NCBI GenBank assembly: GCA_012026655.1
Contig: JAAILG010000176.1
Span: 62,001 to 126,000 of the forward strand
From: Hydrolagus affinis
Lineage: Eukaryota
Length of the DNA stretch: 64,000 nucleotides
Direction: 5' to 3'
Shown one piece after another: positions 50,886 to 63,852 of this stretch. The stretch's first letter is position 1, and the number at the start of each line of letters is the position of its first letter. A program made the translations under genes and the position numbers. A model generated the notes under the pieces. That model was not told the origin of the DNA and did no database searches. It was given only the letters and a program-made list of their open reading frames with translations.

Positions 50886-52801
50886 TTTACTTGCAACATC
50901 ATCCTTCATTTTATATGTAATTGCAGCAAACAAAGCCATTCAAAAGCAACCTATTTGCAGGTAGAATAGTCATGAAAGCATTTTTACACATGGTTGATAC
51001 AGTGTCCCTAGGAGAATGCCTCAAAGTGCTTCACCGGATTTACTATTAAGTGCGATGACTGTGTATTTTGTAAATGAATGCAACAGCCAATTTGCTGAAA
51101 GTCCCATGACTGACTAATTTTCATGTGGGGATGGGGGTGGTGGGGTGGAGATGGTGTTCAGAACACTGAGAGAACCTCCCTGTTGGATTTTACACTGCAA
51201 AGGGTTATTGTAATCGAGTGATCCCGTTGCGTTTACAATCATTGTTTTTCCCGCTGCATTAGATGGGAGGGTGGGGGGGGGGTGTGGGAATTTTAATCCA
51301 AAATGATTCGTGCTCTCAACTGAAGCCTCATTTTCAGATCAATCAGCTTGTCTCAAAGCTTACTGTCAATATTTGCAGCAAGTTGGTTTCAAAGGGAAAG
51401 AAGCATTTCAAATAACGTTTGTACTTAAATTGCTGATAATAATCCCTGCATTTAATACAGCGCCTTTTCACATCAACACGCCTCAAAGCGGTTTGCAGAG
51501 TATTCTGTCATGTGCATGATGATTATTATTATTATTATTATCATTATTCTTATTATCTTAGTGCTCATGCCGTGGTCGATTGCACATAGCCCGCGGTGGG
51601 ATTTGAGTTGGCGGCTTTTTCTCATTCCAGGCTCGTCTTAGGATCTATAGGTGCGTAAGGTTTGTGTTGCTTTGAATTTGTTGATCGTCCCACTGTTCAA
51701 ACAATCTATTCCCCGGGTCATGTGTACCTTCAAGAAAATGAACTTGAATGTCTGTGAACCGTCATGGTTCAAATTTAGAATCACTCCACCACTCAACCCC
51801 ATGAGCTAAAATGGACTGTTCAGGACTTTGAGAAGTAGGCAGTGGGCTGTGAGACAGAACACCAGAAATAATTTTGAAAATCACCAAGTGGAGGCTAAGA
51901 AGGAGATAGATAGAGAGAGAGAGAGAGAGAAAAATATTCATCACATCAAAGGGATAGGAATTGAATCCCATGTGGGCTATGCATTGAGGCAACTCTTAAA
52001 AGTCAATCTCCAAAACCGACATAAAATTGAATATTTGAGAGGGAGAACAAGAGAGCGAACAAAGGTATCGAGGGGAGAATAAAAATAGGGCAAGAAATAC
52101 ATTTGGTTTGTTTGAGTGGAGCGAAGGGGTTGCAGAATGAGTTGCAGTCTTTAGAATTTGCAGGCAGTTTTCAATGTGTCTCTCCAGCAAATGTTGTTTG
52201 ATTGGGTGCCTTGGATGTTGATGCTCCTTAGCGTACGAAGTCTTTTAATATAATTCGACATACGTGAGTTAATATTATCGGATCAGAGTGTATGTCTTTT
52301 AGCCATCATGGGGTGCCCTGCTATTTCCTTCACATCTCACACTGAGATCAGCTCCACATGCATTTCATCTTCCAATCTATATGTCATTGATGGAGATCAA
52401 AAGAACTTCAGTAACTCTGGATTTTCAGGCGTTTTAATAAATAACCAAGAATTATGATCTGAAGATCTGCCTCCTTCCCTCCCTCACGTTGTCTTTGCAC
52501 TTGTCTCACTCTCTTATGCATGCATCACATATCGCTGAATCGAAAAAGATACTAATGAGAACCAGTGTTAATATATATGTTACTGTGGCTTCAGCAGGTG
52601 TCAAAATGAAGCCAATTCTGCTGCCGCCAGAATCATGACAGACAATATCAGGGAGATGTGAAGAGGAACAATTGTGGTAGGCAAGGCACCGATTGTAAAA
52701 CCATTTGAACACTCTGAGGTATGATTTATTTTTTGAATGTCATGCGTTGAAATGTATGCGATATAAACTGGGCCTGTGTATCATCGAGTCCTGTAAAATG
52801 T

Positions 52802-53138
52802 GGAGCCCCGTAGTTCAGTGGTTAGAGCATTCGCCTTGCAAAGTGAGAGACCTATGTTTGATTCCCAGCAGGACGAAACCTTGGCTAGGTTTCCTTACTC
52901 AGTACGCCTAATAGCAAGCTCTCACGAAACAAAAAAACAATGATAATTTGGTCACTCAATCCATGACTGTTTGTGGAAAACTGCTGTACGCGATTGGCTG
53001 TCACTTTTCACCCACACAATACAGTTAATTCACGTTACAGTATATGAGACGTCTCGAACACATGAAAAGTGTCACATCAAATGCAAGGAGGAGGAAGATG
53101 ATGATGATTATTATTAATAATATTATTATTATTATTAT
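52802..53138 (+). mobile_element. Near full-length Deu-type SINE
   Basis: A-box tagttcagtggttagagc, loop ccttgcaa, degenerate B-box, body and trinucleotide tail. Confidence 0.9.
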
Positions 53139-55382
53139 AGGTGCCAAGAAGGAAACCATTTCTGTAGAAACCAGGAAGTAAGTTATAGCGATGTGGTCGC
53201 TAGGTTTCAGTGATGTCATTTGCTATCGATGCTGAAATAAAAATAGAAACAAGGATGTTAACAGTTAAACCTCTTTCAATTTTGGTGATGGTTCACCATT
53301 CTCTTCGAAGTGGTCACTAAATGCCGCAGACCCTGCTTCACTGGGACACTTCCATGTTTTATACACATGTTACGTGTATGTAGGTGCAGTGGAAAAGTCA
53401 TCGTTAAAATTGCTGTGTTGCCTTTCCACTGGGAAAGCAGATTAGGTTGTCTGTTCTTGCCTGTCACCTGCTGGGCAATAATGGATCTTCGGACGCATTG
53501 AGTTCATTTGTCCTAAATGTACCGAATAAAAAGCAGCATACGCTTTTGGTAATGGATATCATTGGGTAGTTCTTGCCTCAGTTCCTGTAACACTTAGCAT
53601 TAAAGCTTCTGTTTCAAGGAGAATTCTACTGGACTGTCACACAATATGAAATTAAGGAGAGAGAGCGCGGAATGGGATTACAGTAAAAAAAACTAATAAT
53701 ACAGTAGAGCAACCTCGATTGGCTGAATGACCTACCGCTGTTCGTAACATTAAAATGTTATAAAGGGCGATAATGGCACTCAATGTTGTCCCAGTGGTCT
53801 CTTGTAGCTCCTGTTTTTTTTAAAAAATATGTTGTGTTCTGCTGAATGCAACCAGCCTGGGAACAGACATTCTGTGTAATAACTCCCTCCTGCTTCCCTC
53901 GTTCCGAACCACCCCCACTGTGACCCACCACCGCAACTTACCATCCCCAAACAGCAGATCATAATGTCCTCATGATCATACCGCAGAGAATTCCACACAG
54001 AAATCTATCCACCAACAGCTTTGAAACATAAAACAAAGCAATAAGATATGACCGGACAATGCTATTAAGTGCATTTATACACTTTATAGCAGCCAGCTAA
54101 TGTCATTGGGCCTGACTTACAATACTGGAGAAGCTGGACTAGAATTCAATTAAATGTAAATGATTGTTGAAACGTCTTGCATTTTGAAGCTAATTTGGCT
54201 AATTTGGTGCAGTTCTTGTAACACGAAAAAGTCTCAAAGCGCTTCAAAGGAAATCGCTGGTAAGTGCAGTGACTGCGTGGATCGGTATAAAGTCGGTCGC
54301 CAAGTCAGGCACAATGAGTTCCACAAACTGGCACGAAGTGAATGATTAACCTTGACCTCGTTGAACAGCTCGCTTGAAGGACGTCCGTCTAGCATGTTGC
54401 ACAGTATTGGAATATCAGTCTAGCCTGTGACCTCAAGGTTGTCAAGTACATTTAGAACTGTAACCTTTTTACTACAGAAGTCAAACGACTATTGTACCAA
54501 CAAGAGCATACTTTTTTTAATCAGATGGTAAATTGGTGAACGATTGCAATGGAGTGAAACTCACAACAAATCCACAATGCAGTAATTATTACATCAAAAT
54601 CTGATCTGATAGGAAATGCTGCGTCTATCGCCTCCATTATGTTGGATTTGGCTTTTAGAGGACAGCAGCGGCAGCGTAATATTGTGACGGATGTAGCCAT
54701 GTGTGAAGGAAAAGTAAGGTATGAGCTGCATGTGCAGCCTGCGAGGGCTGGCACTATTGTGACAGCTTATGCTATTTGTACTGAAGTGAGCAGGGGTCTG
54801 CCCCTCTAGCTGCAGTCAAGATGGCACAGCGGGAGTGAATACGAGTTCAGCGGTATGTCGCCATACCTGAGTACATTTGACTAAGCCTTAATAGGACACT
54901 GGGCTACTTTGAGGGTCTGGAGTGACAGGGGTAGGAAGGATGCGCAATGATAGATGTCAAAACATTTGCAGAAGTACAGACACAAATGCGACTGAGCCAC
55001 TGACAGGAACTGGCTTTGCTCAGAGTTTAAACTGGAATCCTGCTAACCCCATTATCCCACTGCACATAAGTGTTTGTGACTGGCAAAATAGGTTGAATTA
55101 TAAACTTGCTGCAATTTCGAGATACAGTTGAAATGTCTCTATGTTCATGTCACTGTTATTGCACTTTTTCTTTTGGCATTGTACGATCAGCACTCTTAGC
55201 AAGTGACCAAGTACTCTTTGAGTGTATGTTTGATGTTGGGAAACAGTATCTTCTATATCTTCTTTTTCCTGCTCCGATTCCCCACAGCAGCAACAGCGAA
55301 ACCTTGAAATATCTAGGGTAAGAGAGCGAGTATTTCCAGAGAGAGCACGGCAAGTTATTCCGACTCACCCCTTAGTGGGGCG

Positions 55383-55665
55383 AATAATAATCCTGATGTA
55401 CACATCTTCTGGACGTCTCAAAGCGCTTCACAGAATACACTGTAAAGTGAATTGACTGTATATTTGTGGGCGAAACGCGGCAGACAATTGCGCACAGCAA
55501 TGTCCCCACAAACAGTCGTGGATTGAAATGACCAATTTATTATTTTGTTTGAGGGATTATTATTAGGCATGTGGAGTAAGGAAATTTGCCCAAGGTTTCG
55601 CCCTGCCTAGATTCGAACACAGGTCTCACACTTGTAAGGCGAGTGCTCTAACCACCCTACAGGAC
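55383..55665 (-). mobile_element. Near full-length Deu-type SINE, CpGs largely intact
   Basis: Continuous from tail to head: gattcgaacacaggtctcacacttgtaaggcgagtgctctaaccac. Confidence 0.92.
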
Positions 55666-56429
55666 TGTACTTTGTCACACAGAAAGTTGACCTTGTTTTT
55701 CTCTGACTGGCAGATATTTGCTTGAGATGCATATTCCTCTGTTCCAAATGGAGAGACAGAAGGAGAAGGCAAAACAGATTTTTGGTCTTCTTCAAGCACC
55801 TGGTTAGTAATACAATAATTGACTGCCTTAAGCTGTTGGAGAGCTGAACACCTGACAAGGATTTGAAGAACAAAACTGCAACCAAGAATTTAATTCCTTG
55901 TTTATTCCCCTGATTTCCATTGCGATAGATACCCACAGACCCGGAACAGTGATTCAATCATTGCAACAACAGTGGCAGGAGTGTAGTTCAGTGAATCAAT
56001 TTCCACAACTTCCTAGGTGCATCTAGGGAAGGGAAGCAGAGGCTTGAATGCCTACAAAGGTGTGAAGGCCATGACAAATACTGGATTCAACTTATCGTAT
56101 AGGTTTGAGAACTGGTTTCTAAGTAACCTGAGGCACATAGTTTCTGATATTCTCTTCTCCATTTTCTTCATAGGATATCTAGCCACTAACAGTGAGCACC
56201 AATAGAGAGCAATCGACATGCTGTGGTCAGTCATGCAGAGTTGTTTTAAATTGAGAAAACTTGTGAAAATTTCTCTGGGCTGTGTACCATCCCTTTGCCA
56301 AAACCTCATTGATGCCATGTCTGGGTGGGCTGTTGCCTTGCATTGTTCCTGGCTAGAATAAGGAGTGGTCCGTTCAACCTGTACACGGCTGCGTTGGGTA
56401 TCATTGGCACTGGAGGTGAATTGGTACAG

Positions 56430-56530
56430 ACTCCCTTCCTCACTCCCTTCGCCTTGCCCTCTCTTCCTACTTTCAGATCTCGGCTACAGACCTTTCTTTT
56501 CGACCGCCCATTCGGTCACCTTTCATCCGC
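56430..56530 (+). mobile_element. L2 LINE fragment
   Basis: Reads LPTFRSRLQTFLFDRPFGHLS, matching the 40501-40942 copy. Confidence 0.8.
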
Positions 56531-56614
56531 TATTGGGGAATCCAAGTTGTTGTCGTTGACCTGTAAATGACAGTAACAGCCATTGGTGTCAAGTGGGAGA
56601 GGCATTCATAAAAG

Positions 56615-56770
56615 TAACAATTTAATTGAATGCCTTTCATATTGAGACAACATCTCAAAGCACTTCATGGGATTCACTGTGAAGCGAAACGACTGTAATT
56701 TTTTTTCGGCAGCCAATTTGCACCCAGCAACGTTCCACAAACAGCCATGAAGTGAGTGACTGGATCACTC
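56615..56770 (-). mobile_element. DeuSINE 3' fragment
   Basis: catctcaaagcacttca…ggcagccaatttgcacccagcaacgttccacaaacagccatga. Confidence 0.75.
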
Positions 56771-57214
56771 GGTAGGGTGTGATATGTGGCGTGATCTCTG
56801 CTGAGGTCACCTCAATAGGGAATCCAAGATATTGCGATAAACACCGACATTGGTGCAGTGTCAGTTACGTATGTTGACGGAAGATCTGCGTTTAAAGTAA
56901 TGCCTGTCTAGAGTTGTCACTTTTGGAACTAACAGCTGAAATAGGGTCGCTTTATCGATTTTGCCACAGTGCCAACCCGTTCTGTCAAACAGCAAATAAC
57001 GCTATTTTGTCATGGCTATTGTTAGGAGATATATTCTCTCTCTGTTGTAACCACAAAACAACCCTGGAGCTCTCTATTTGAACTGTGACATTGTTTTTCT
57101 AAGAAATGTAATTAGTTTGGTTAAGTTGGCAGTACTTTTGCCTCTAGGTCAGAAAGTTGTGAGTTTGAGCTACTATTTAGATAGTCACACAGTGCGATGC
57201 TAAGACAGTACTGG

Positions 57215-57310
57215 GAACATAGTAGCAACATAGGAACAGGAGTAGGCCATTCAGCCCTTCGAGCCAGTTCCGTCATTCTATCAGATCACGCCTGATCTGT
57301 ACCTCAACTC
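57215..57310 (-). mobile_element. CR1 LINE 3' tail
   Basis: aacataggaacaggagtaggccattcagcccttcgagcc…gatctgtacctcaactcc. Confidence 0.85.
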
Positions 57311-57419
57311 CAAATACTGTTTCTGCCAGAATGACATCTTTTCCAAGAGACATTAAATTGAAATCCTATCTTGCACGGATTGTGTTTTATCTGCCATTCG
57401 AGATTGCAGATCATCTTGT

Positions 57420-57690
57420 GGAGCTCTTGTAGCTCAGTGGATAGAGCACTCGCCTTACAAGCGTAAGACCTGTGTTTGAATCCAGGCAGATCGGGGCGAA
57501 ACCTTGGGCAAGTTTCCTTACTCCACACACCTAATAATAATCTGTCCACAAAAAAACACAATAATAAAAATTGGTCATTTTCAATCCAGACTGTTTGTGG
57601 GGACGCTGCTGTGCTCGATTACCTGCCGCGTTTCGCCTACAAATATACAGTTACAGTGAGACATCAATAAGATGTGAAAAGCGCTTTAAA
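57420..57690 (+). mobile_element. Deu-type SINE with tRNA-like head
   Basis: tagctcagtggatagagcactcgccttacaagcg…gaatccaggcag…aaccttgggcaagtttccttactccacac. Confidence 0.9.
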
Positions 57691-59079
57691 AAAACTAATT
57701 TATTTAAATACATTTTAAATACATTTTTCCTAGAAATACATTCATCAACAACAGTTTCCTCTGCTTGTAGCCTCTTAAATTGTCATCAATTGTTGTTTTA
57801 TTTCTAAATTACTATAGGACTATATGGGAATAGAATTATTACGACAGATCCACTTGGATATGGTATTTTGCCTTATCAAGATTCGCCATTTACACGTAGC
57901 TAGTTCTCTGGTGTTTTAGTTGGGAAGTTGATCAGAATATAGATAAATGAGGTTTTACTTCAAATATACTGTTCCTGTTAACTGGCCACATACTTTATAT
58001 AGTCAACGCTTAACAGTCAGTCATAATACTGCAAATATCAATTATTTGCATGAAGTTCTGCCAGACTGATTGAAGAGGTTGAGGAGAGCTAATGTAAGTT
58101 GCATGTGACTGAATTGTCTTTTCTCGTTCTTCACTTTATTACAAAGCTTTTCTCAATAAATAAGCCGGTTGTTGAGTCAATCACTTCTACAAATCCAAAT
58201 TCCCCGATTTGTTCTCAGTGTTGTCCAGATATCATGTTGCATTTCAAAAACAACTCTTTTTTTTTAATTAAAGCAGATGCACCATTAACTCATCTTTATT
58301 AATCCTGAAGTTGAAAACATCTTTCCAGTTTAATTATTTTCCACTTTTGCCCCCGTACAGTTTAATTGAATCAACTATGTGCTTCTTACGCTTTAGTTTC
58401 CATTGTGTAAAAAAAAATACCAACAGATACAAGATCTGTTAGCTCTCCATAGCATTTTGTGATTAAGTTGCTTGCAACAGCAAAATTGTGGTTAGGAATC
58501 ATTTTAGGATGAGGGTTATTATGCAGTCTGTGTACCACCAATATTTATTATCACTTGATAAGGAACGTTTTGTGATATCCATGTATGCATCACAAGACCT
58601 ATATTAACATTTACATTGTGAATATATGTTCACTTTGGGCATGTGTCTTGACCTATGTTTATTGAAACGTGAAACCTCCGTTTTATTAATGTTAACTACC
58701 TTTTTCACATTCAGTGCCTTTCTGAAAAATTGCTCGACAAAGTTTCCCTGAGAGGGAGAAGTAACAGTGCATCATTTGTCATCATGATGTCAAGACCAAT
58801 CACGCACTTTTCGTGAGATTTATTTTATTACACCGTGCGCTCGCAAACAATCAAAAACAAGTTTGCCAAACAGTCTTTCATGAAGGTGATGACTTTAATG
58901 CATTCTCTGCTTCGAAACTGACAAAAAAAAATTCAAGTCAATTAGTTCAGCAGTTGCTCAGCTGGGTCTGACCAATCAATAGGTCCAGTGAAGTCCAACT
59001 GTCCACATCTGGCCCACTGGCTGATTTCATCACCCTCCCCACCCACCTTCATTTCCATTTTCATTCCATTCCACTTCTG

Positions 59080-59189
59080 TTTTGCCCACAAATATACAGA
59101 CAATTCACTTTACAGTGTATTCTGTGAAGCGCTTTGAAACATGTAGAAGACGTGAAAAGCGCTATATCAAATGCAAGGATTATATTATA

Positions 59190-59223
<34 letters not shown>
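59080..59223 (+). mobile_element. Deu-type SINE tail fragment with (att)n
   Basis: caattcactttacagtgtattctgtgaagcgctttga…gcgctatatcaaatgcaaggatt. Confidence 0.88.
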
Positions 59224-60369
59224 TCATCTGGCCCACCTCCTCCCTCCATAACCCATAAATGTTGTGTTATGTTTCTGGAAGAGAAACGCAACAATTTTGC
59301 TCATGCAGCTCACGGATGTTTCTCAAGTAGGTCACCCAGCCCTCAGCTGCCCTGGTTTATATAGGGTTGAGGGTAAATGAAAACCATTCTCTATCTTTGT
59401 CGTGGGATCACTGCTGACCAGACCAGTCCCACTTTGTGTTTCAAAGGAGAGACTTTAAATTGGGCAAAGGTGTATATTAACTTACAAGCAATACAAATCG
59501 CTGTATAGAGAATGACGTCTCCCTTTAAATACAGTATACTTAAAATTCATCACAAATTTCTGAGAGCACAAACTATGTTTTAAAAAAAAGCTAACTGTAA
59601 ATACATTATTCGCATGGCTGCTGATGGCTGATATGCTATTAATCCTTTCTGCAAGTAAATTGTCAGTAAATTAAGATACTTGATTAACCAGCCAGCCACT
59701 TGTCAAATGATAATAGTAATTAACTACACATTGTGTAATTGTTGACAATTTCGAACTGTATCTAGCATTCTTGCTGTAAGTTCACTGCTGTTGAAAGCTG
59801 ACAAGTAATTGCCAATATGTGGTAGTTGTAAAGTTTTTGACTTGCATGCACTTGATTAGTATGCACTCCGTGCCCAGGAGAAGATGCGCTGAAACACTGC
59901 TCTTGTGTGAGATTTGTTTCTTTTTAAAATAAATTGATCTTTCAGTGCAGCTGGATAATCCATCCAAGTAGAGTAGTCTGCGAGAGAAGCAGAGATAAGT
60001 ATATCTTATTCAGCAGGCAACTACAATATCCCGACAGACTGTCTTGCTTAAAATAAGTTATTGCGAGCTTGTGGCAATTCAATGAAATAAGGGATTCTAA
60101 TCGTGTCTTTGGAAGCTGAGTTATATATGAATTATATGTTCTATGGTGCTTTCTCTATTAATGAAGCAGCCATAAACAAATGTAAATCTGGGTATTCTGA
60201 GAGCATTATAATTTGTATTGTGGCCAAACTACTAAAAGTAGTGACTTATCTGGGAATATTAGCAACGGAAGAGTTATGATGCAGGGTAAATTCTGCAAAT
60301 TTTATTGACTACTGAATTCTGGACATCATGGGTACACTTACACAGACATCTGCGGCTCTCGCTCGGAAG

Positions 60370-60455
60370 AATAATAATAAAAATAATAATAATAAAAATC
60401 CTTGCATTTCATAGAGCGTATTATTACATCTATGAAACGTCTCAAAGGGCTTCAC
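60370..60455 (-). mobile_element. Deu-type SINE tail fragment
   Basis: (aat)n ccttgcatttcatagagcg…acgtctcaaagggcttcac. Confidence 0.75.
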
Positions 60456-61719
60456 TGGAGCAAGATGTCCACTTAGTCAATATATACATGTGCGCAGCTG
60501 TGAATCGGCAAGTGATTCAGCTGTCGAGAGAATCAGAGCCAAGCTTGCTACTGTCCTCTCCTGACTTCAACACACAAGCACTTTCCAGTGGAGAGCAATC
60601 AGGAACAGGAACCCCACTGATACTCTCTCTAATCCAGGAATGAATGTAAATTCATAATTCATAGGCCTGGGATAACGCTGCCTACTAAATGACATGGAGC
60701 CATTGCAGAAAATGGGGGTGTTTAAAATGCAAGTGCAGCTGCTGAACAATGGTGGCTGAAACCAATGAAATTGTTAATTGATACGTGAACGGATTGATGT
60801 TTGTGGCAATCAGTGTAGAACAGTCTTATTTCGCCCGGGAATTGGACATATTTTTAATAAAGAGGGTCGAAGGCATTAATATCCCGCAGGAAATGATTTC
60901 GAAATTGCAGCCTCCATCATGGCAAGATCTAGTTGTTACGAAGCAATTGTGGCACGCCTGTGGATTGGGGTGGAAATTAAAATACAATGGCTTTCCTCAT
61001 ATCATCCTGACAGTCAGACATTTGCAGGCTCTTTACGACCACCAGCCCCGAGCATTAAAAATTGATGTGAAGCAAAAAGAAAGACAAAAGAGTGAGGCAT
61101 TTAAAGATATGAAGTCTTAAGCGGTTTTACATTGCCGAATGATTCTCTCATTGGCAGTAAATGCAATGGCCCTGGTAGATAAGTACGTCTGATTCTGCCT
61201 TGACCTGTAAATTTACTGACCTTGGTGTGAGCTTATAATAGGATTCTACCTTCATGTAGGTAGATTAATATACCTGACAAGGGCAGTACATTACCAGCAC
61301 TTGGGAGAATCATTCCTTAGTCCTACCTTTGTTCCAGAGTTTAATATTTAAAAGAAAATTGATGGCAGCGTTGATTACCTGCATGACATTACGTGGAAAC
61401 ATTCCAATATCCAGATACCAAGTTTAAATTTCCTAATACTGCACTGATTTGCATAGATAGCAAATATTGTCATTCGATTTGACACCGCATAGAGCAGCAA
61501 TGTGGGTAAACAACTCAATCCGTCTAAACTCGGGGAATTTGAAACACAAAATCCAAAGAGATGCAATTTGTTCAAAAAAATGACTGCATTCAGAAAAAAG
61601 TTTGAAGGTCAATCTTAAAGTTTGTTTTAATCTTTCCTGGAGGTCCTTTATTCATTTGCAGTCTTGGTTTTCTGTAACTTGGATGCCAACTGTGCTTCAG
61701 TGTACATGCAGATTTTATT

Positions 61720-62021
61720 TAGTTAGAGCCTTGCAAGCGTGAGACCTGTGTTCGAATCCAGGCAGGTCAGGGCGAAACCTTGGGCAAGTTTCCTTATTCC
61801 ACACACACGCTTAATAATAATCCCTGCAAAAAAAACACAATAATAAAATCAATCCACGACTGTTTGTGGGACACTGCTGTGCGCAATTGGCTGCCGCATT
61901 TCGCCCACCTACATATAGTCGATTCACTTTACAGTATATTCTGTGAAGCGCTTTGAGACACAGTCTAGAAAACCTGTAAAGTGCTATATCAAATGCAAGG
62001 ATTATTATTATTATTATTATT
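61720..62021 (+). mobile_element. Near full-length Deu-type SINE
   Basis: cttgcaagcgtgagacctgtgttcgaatccaggc…gtttgtgggacactgctgtgcgcaattggctgccgc…(att)n. Confidence 0.92.
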
Positions 62022-62670
62022 AAATTTTATATCCTCCATTCGATTGACAGATGGTCTTTCTGAGTGATCCTATCGGCACAGAGAGCAACGATGGTTGGAC
62101 TGCGCCACATGAAACCAGTGCAAACTTGCCTAGCTGATTGCTAAACAAACTGCAATGAAGCAGAGACTGAGCGCCAGTGGCTGTGATAACAACAGTAGGT
62201 GCAGGAGGCAGTCAGTGCTTGTGAGGGACTGAATGCTTCCAAATAAACATTGGAGGCAGTCATTAATAACAAGCAATATCAAGTTTGATTGACAGCACTT
62301 AGCATTTTTGCTTTCTTGATTTACTCGACAGTTTAATACTTCAGAGGTGATGGGAAATTGATTTAAAACTTCTTGTTACATCCAATTTGCCGTTTTTGAC
62401 ATTAAGGCTGCTTGACATTTTGTTGTGGCGCTGGTTCAATCTCGGGCTGCGCTCCCTGGGATTTTACTCACGCTTTGAGTTTTTGTTGTGCATTCCGTGG
62501 CAGTTCATTAGCACCTGTACATTAACAGCTGAAACAGGTGTTTGATGTGCACGGATCGACGGCCGGCTCTCCTACAAATACACAGTCACTCCACTTTGCA
62601 GTAAAATCTTGCGAAGCCCATTGAGAGGTCTCGACGACTTGTTAAGCCGTTGTGTCAAATGCAAGTATTT

Positions 62671-62673
<3 letters not shown>

Positions 62674-62722
<49 letters not shown>
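62674..62722. repeat. (AT)n microsatellite at the end of a DeuSINE tail fragment (62565-62670)
   Basis: About 24 uninterrupted AT units. Confidence 0.95.
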
Positions 62723-62725
<3 letters not shown>

Positions 62726-62814
62726 GCTATCTGTGCAAACTGTCATCAATGCAGCCATTTTGTCCCGGGCACTGGAGAGAAATGGCCTTCATACATGAAA
62801 CAGAATGAGGTCAT

Positions 62815-62981
62815 GCAATCCACGACTATTTGTTGGACGCTGCTGTACGCAATTCGCTGCTGAGTTTCACCCACCAAATATACAGTCAATTCACTTTACA
62901 GTGTATCCCGTGAACCACTTTGAGACGCCTAGAAGATGTGAAAAGCGCTATATCAACTGCAAGGATTATTATTATTATTAT
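62815..62981 (+). mobile_element. Deu-type SINE 3' half
   Basis: caatccacgact…tacagtcaattcactttacagtgta…gaaaagcgctatatcaa. Confidence 0.88.
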
Positions 62982-63039
62982 CATAGAATATGTTTAAGTT
63001 CAGTCTTTTTAAAGAACTACAGGCAACCAGAATTTTTGG

Positions 63040-63192
63040 TAGGTCAGGGTATGAAGGGATACGGGGAGAAAGCGGGAAATTAGAATTCAAAGGATTAGTA
63101 GAAGTACAGTTCAGCCACGACCTAATTAAATGGCAGAACAGGCTCGAAGGGCTGAACGGCCTACTCCTGTTCCTACGCTCCTGTGTTCCTGT
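63040..63192 (+). mobile_element. CR1 LINE 3' tail
   Basis: aagggatacggggagaaagcggg…cagccacgacctaattaaatggcagaacaggctcgaagggctgaacggcctactcctgttcct. Confidence 0.88.
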
Positions 63193-63852
63193 AATCGGTT
63201 GCTAAATTAAAAAGGAATCGAAATGTTTGTACCACAGCTCTGCGCAATCTTAAATCTTGCCACAAAGTGGCTTCAGACTCAAGGCTAAGGCTAATTGGAA
63301 TTTCAGCCCTCTGTTCTTGATTTCACCTCCCCCACCCCCCGCCCCGTCCCCCACTCCCCCCCCGTCCCCTCGCCCCCATCCACCAGTAACGTGACAGTGA
63401 TTGTGCAAGTTAATAATCTTTCAGGGAGACCTGCCTGCCATTCTGTATGAGAAATGTGTGCCTCTTGATTTTCGACAAGTGCCATTTTAAAGCTCAGTTG
63501 ATGTGAAACCAATAGTCTGGGAAAAACGTCACATCGCAAATATAAAATAAAGGAAACGAACTCCGGGAGTCATTCCATGGCTCAACCTGAGCTGGGAGTT
63601 CAGGGGAACGGTTATAAAGTGTTTGTGCTTCCCTCTTGTGGTTTGCAATGTCAGCTACAATCCCCTTGGAAGCTGCTGCCATCACCGAAATACACGTAGC
63701 TTTCCAGATGCTTTTGTACTTGGTGACTGCCACAAACAATCCTCTCCTTTTGTGGGTCAGAGGCCTTAGAAAACCGGGGCTGAATGAAGTCAGGGCAATT
63801 CTGTAACACAAATACATATAAAACATTTACCATTGTCTGAGAAAGGAGTAAA

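Noticed and set aside
52802-52875. tRNA-Ala(TGC)-like genes (also 44029, 45380, 55600, 57420, 61720)
   Set aside because: Each runs directly into a SINE body and has broken stems; these are SINE heads.
53700-53745. Tigger-like terminal sequence tacagtagagcaacctcga
   Set aside because: No matching opposite terminus found.
57476-57670. Similar short peptides recurring in several ORFs (e.g. QVSLLHTPNNN at 44065 and 57476)
   Set aside because: Translations of the same SINE family, not a protein family.
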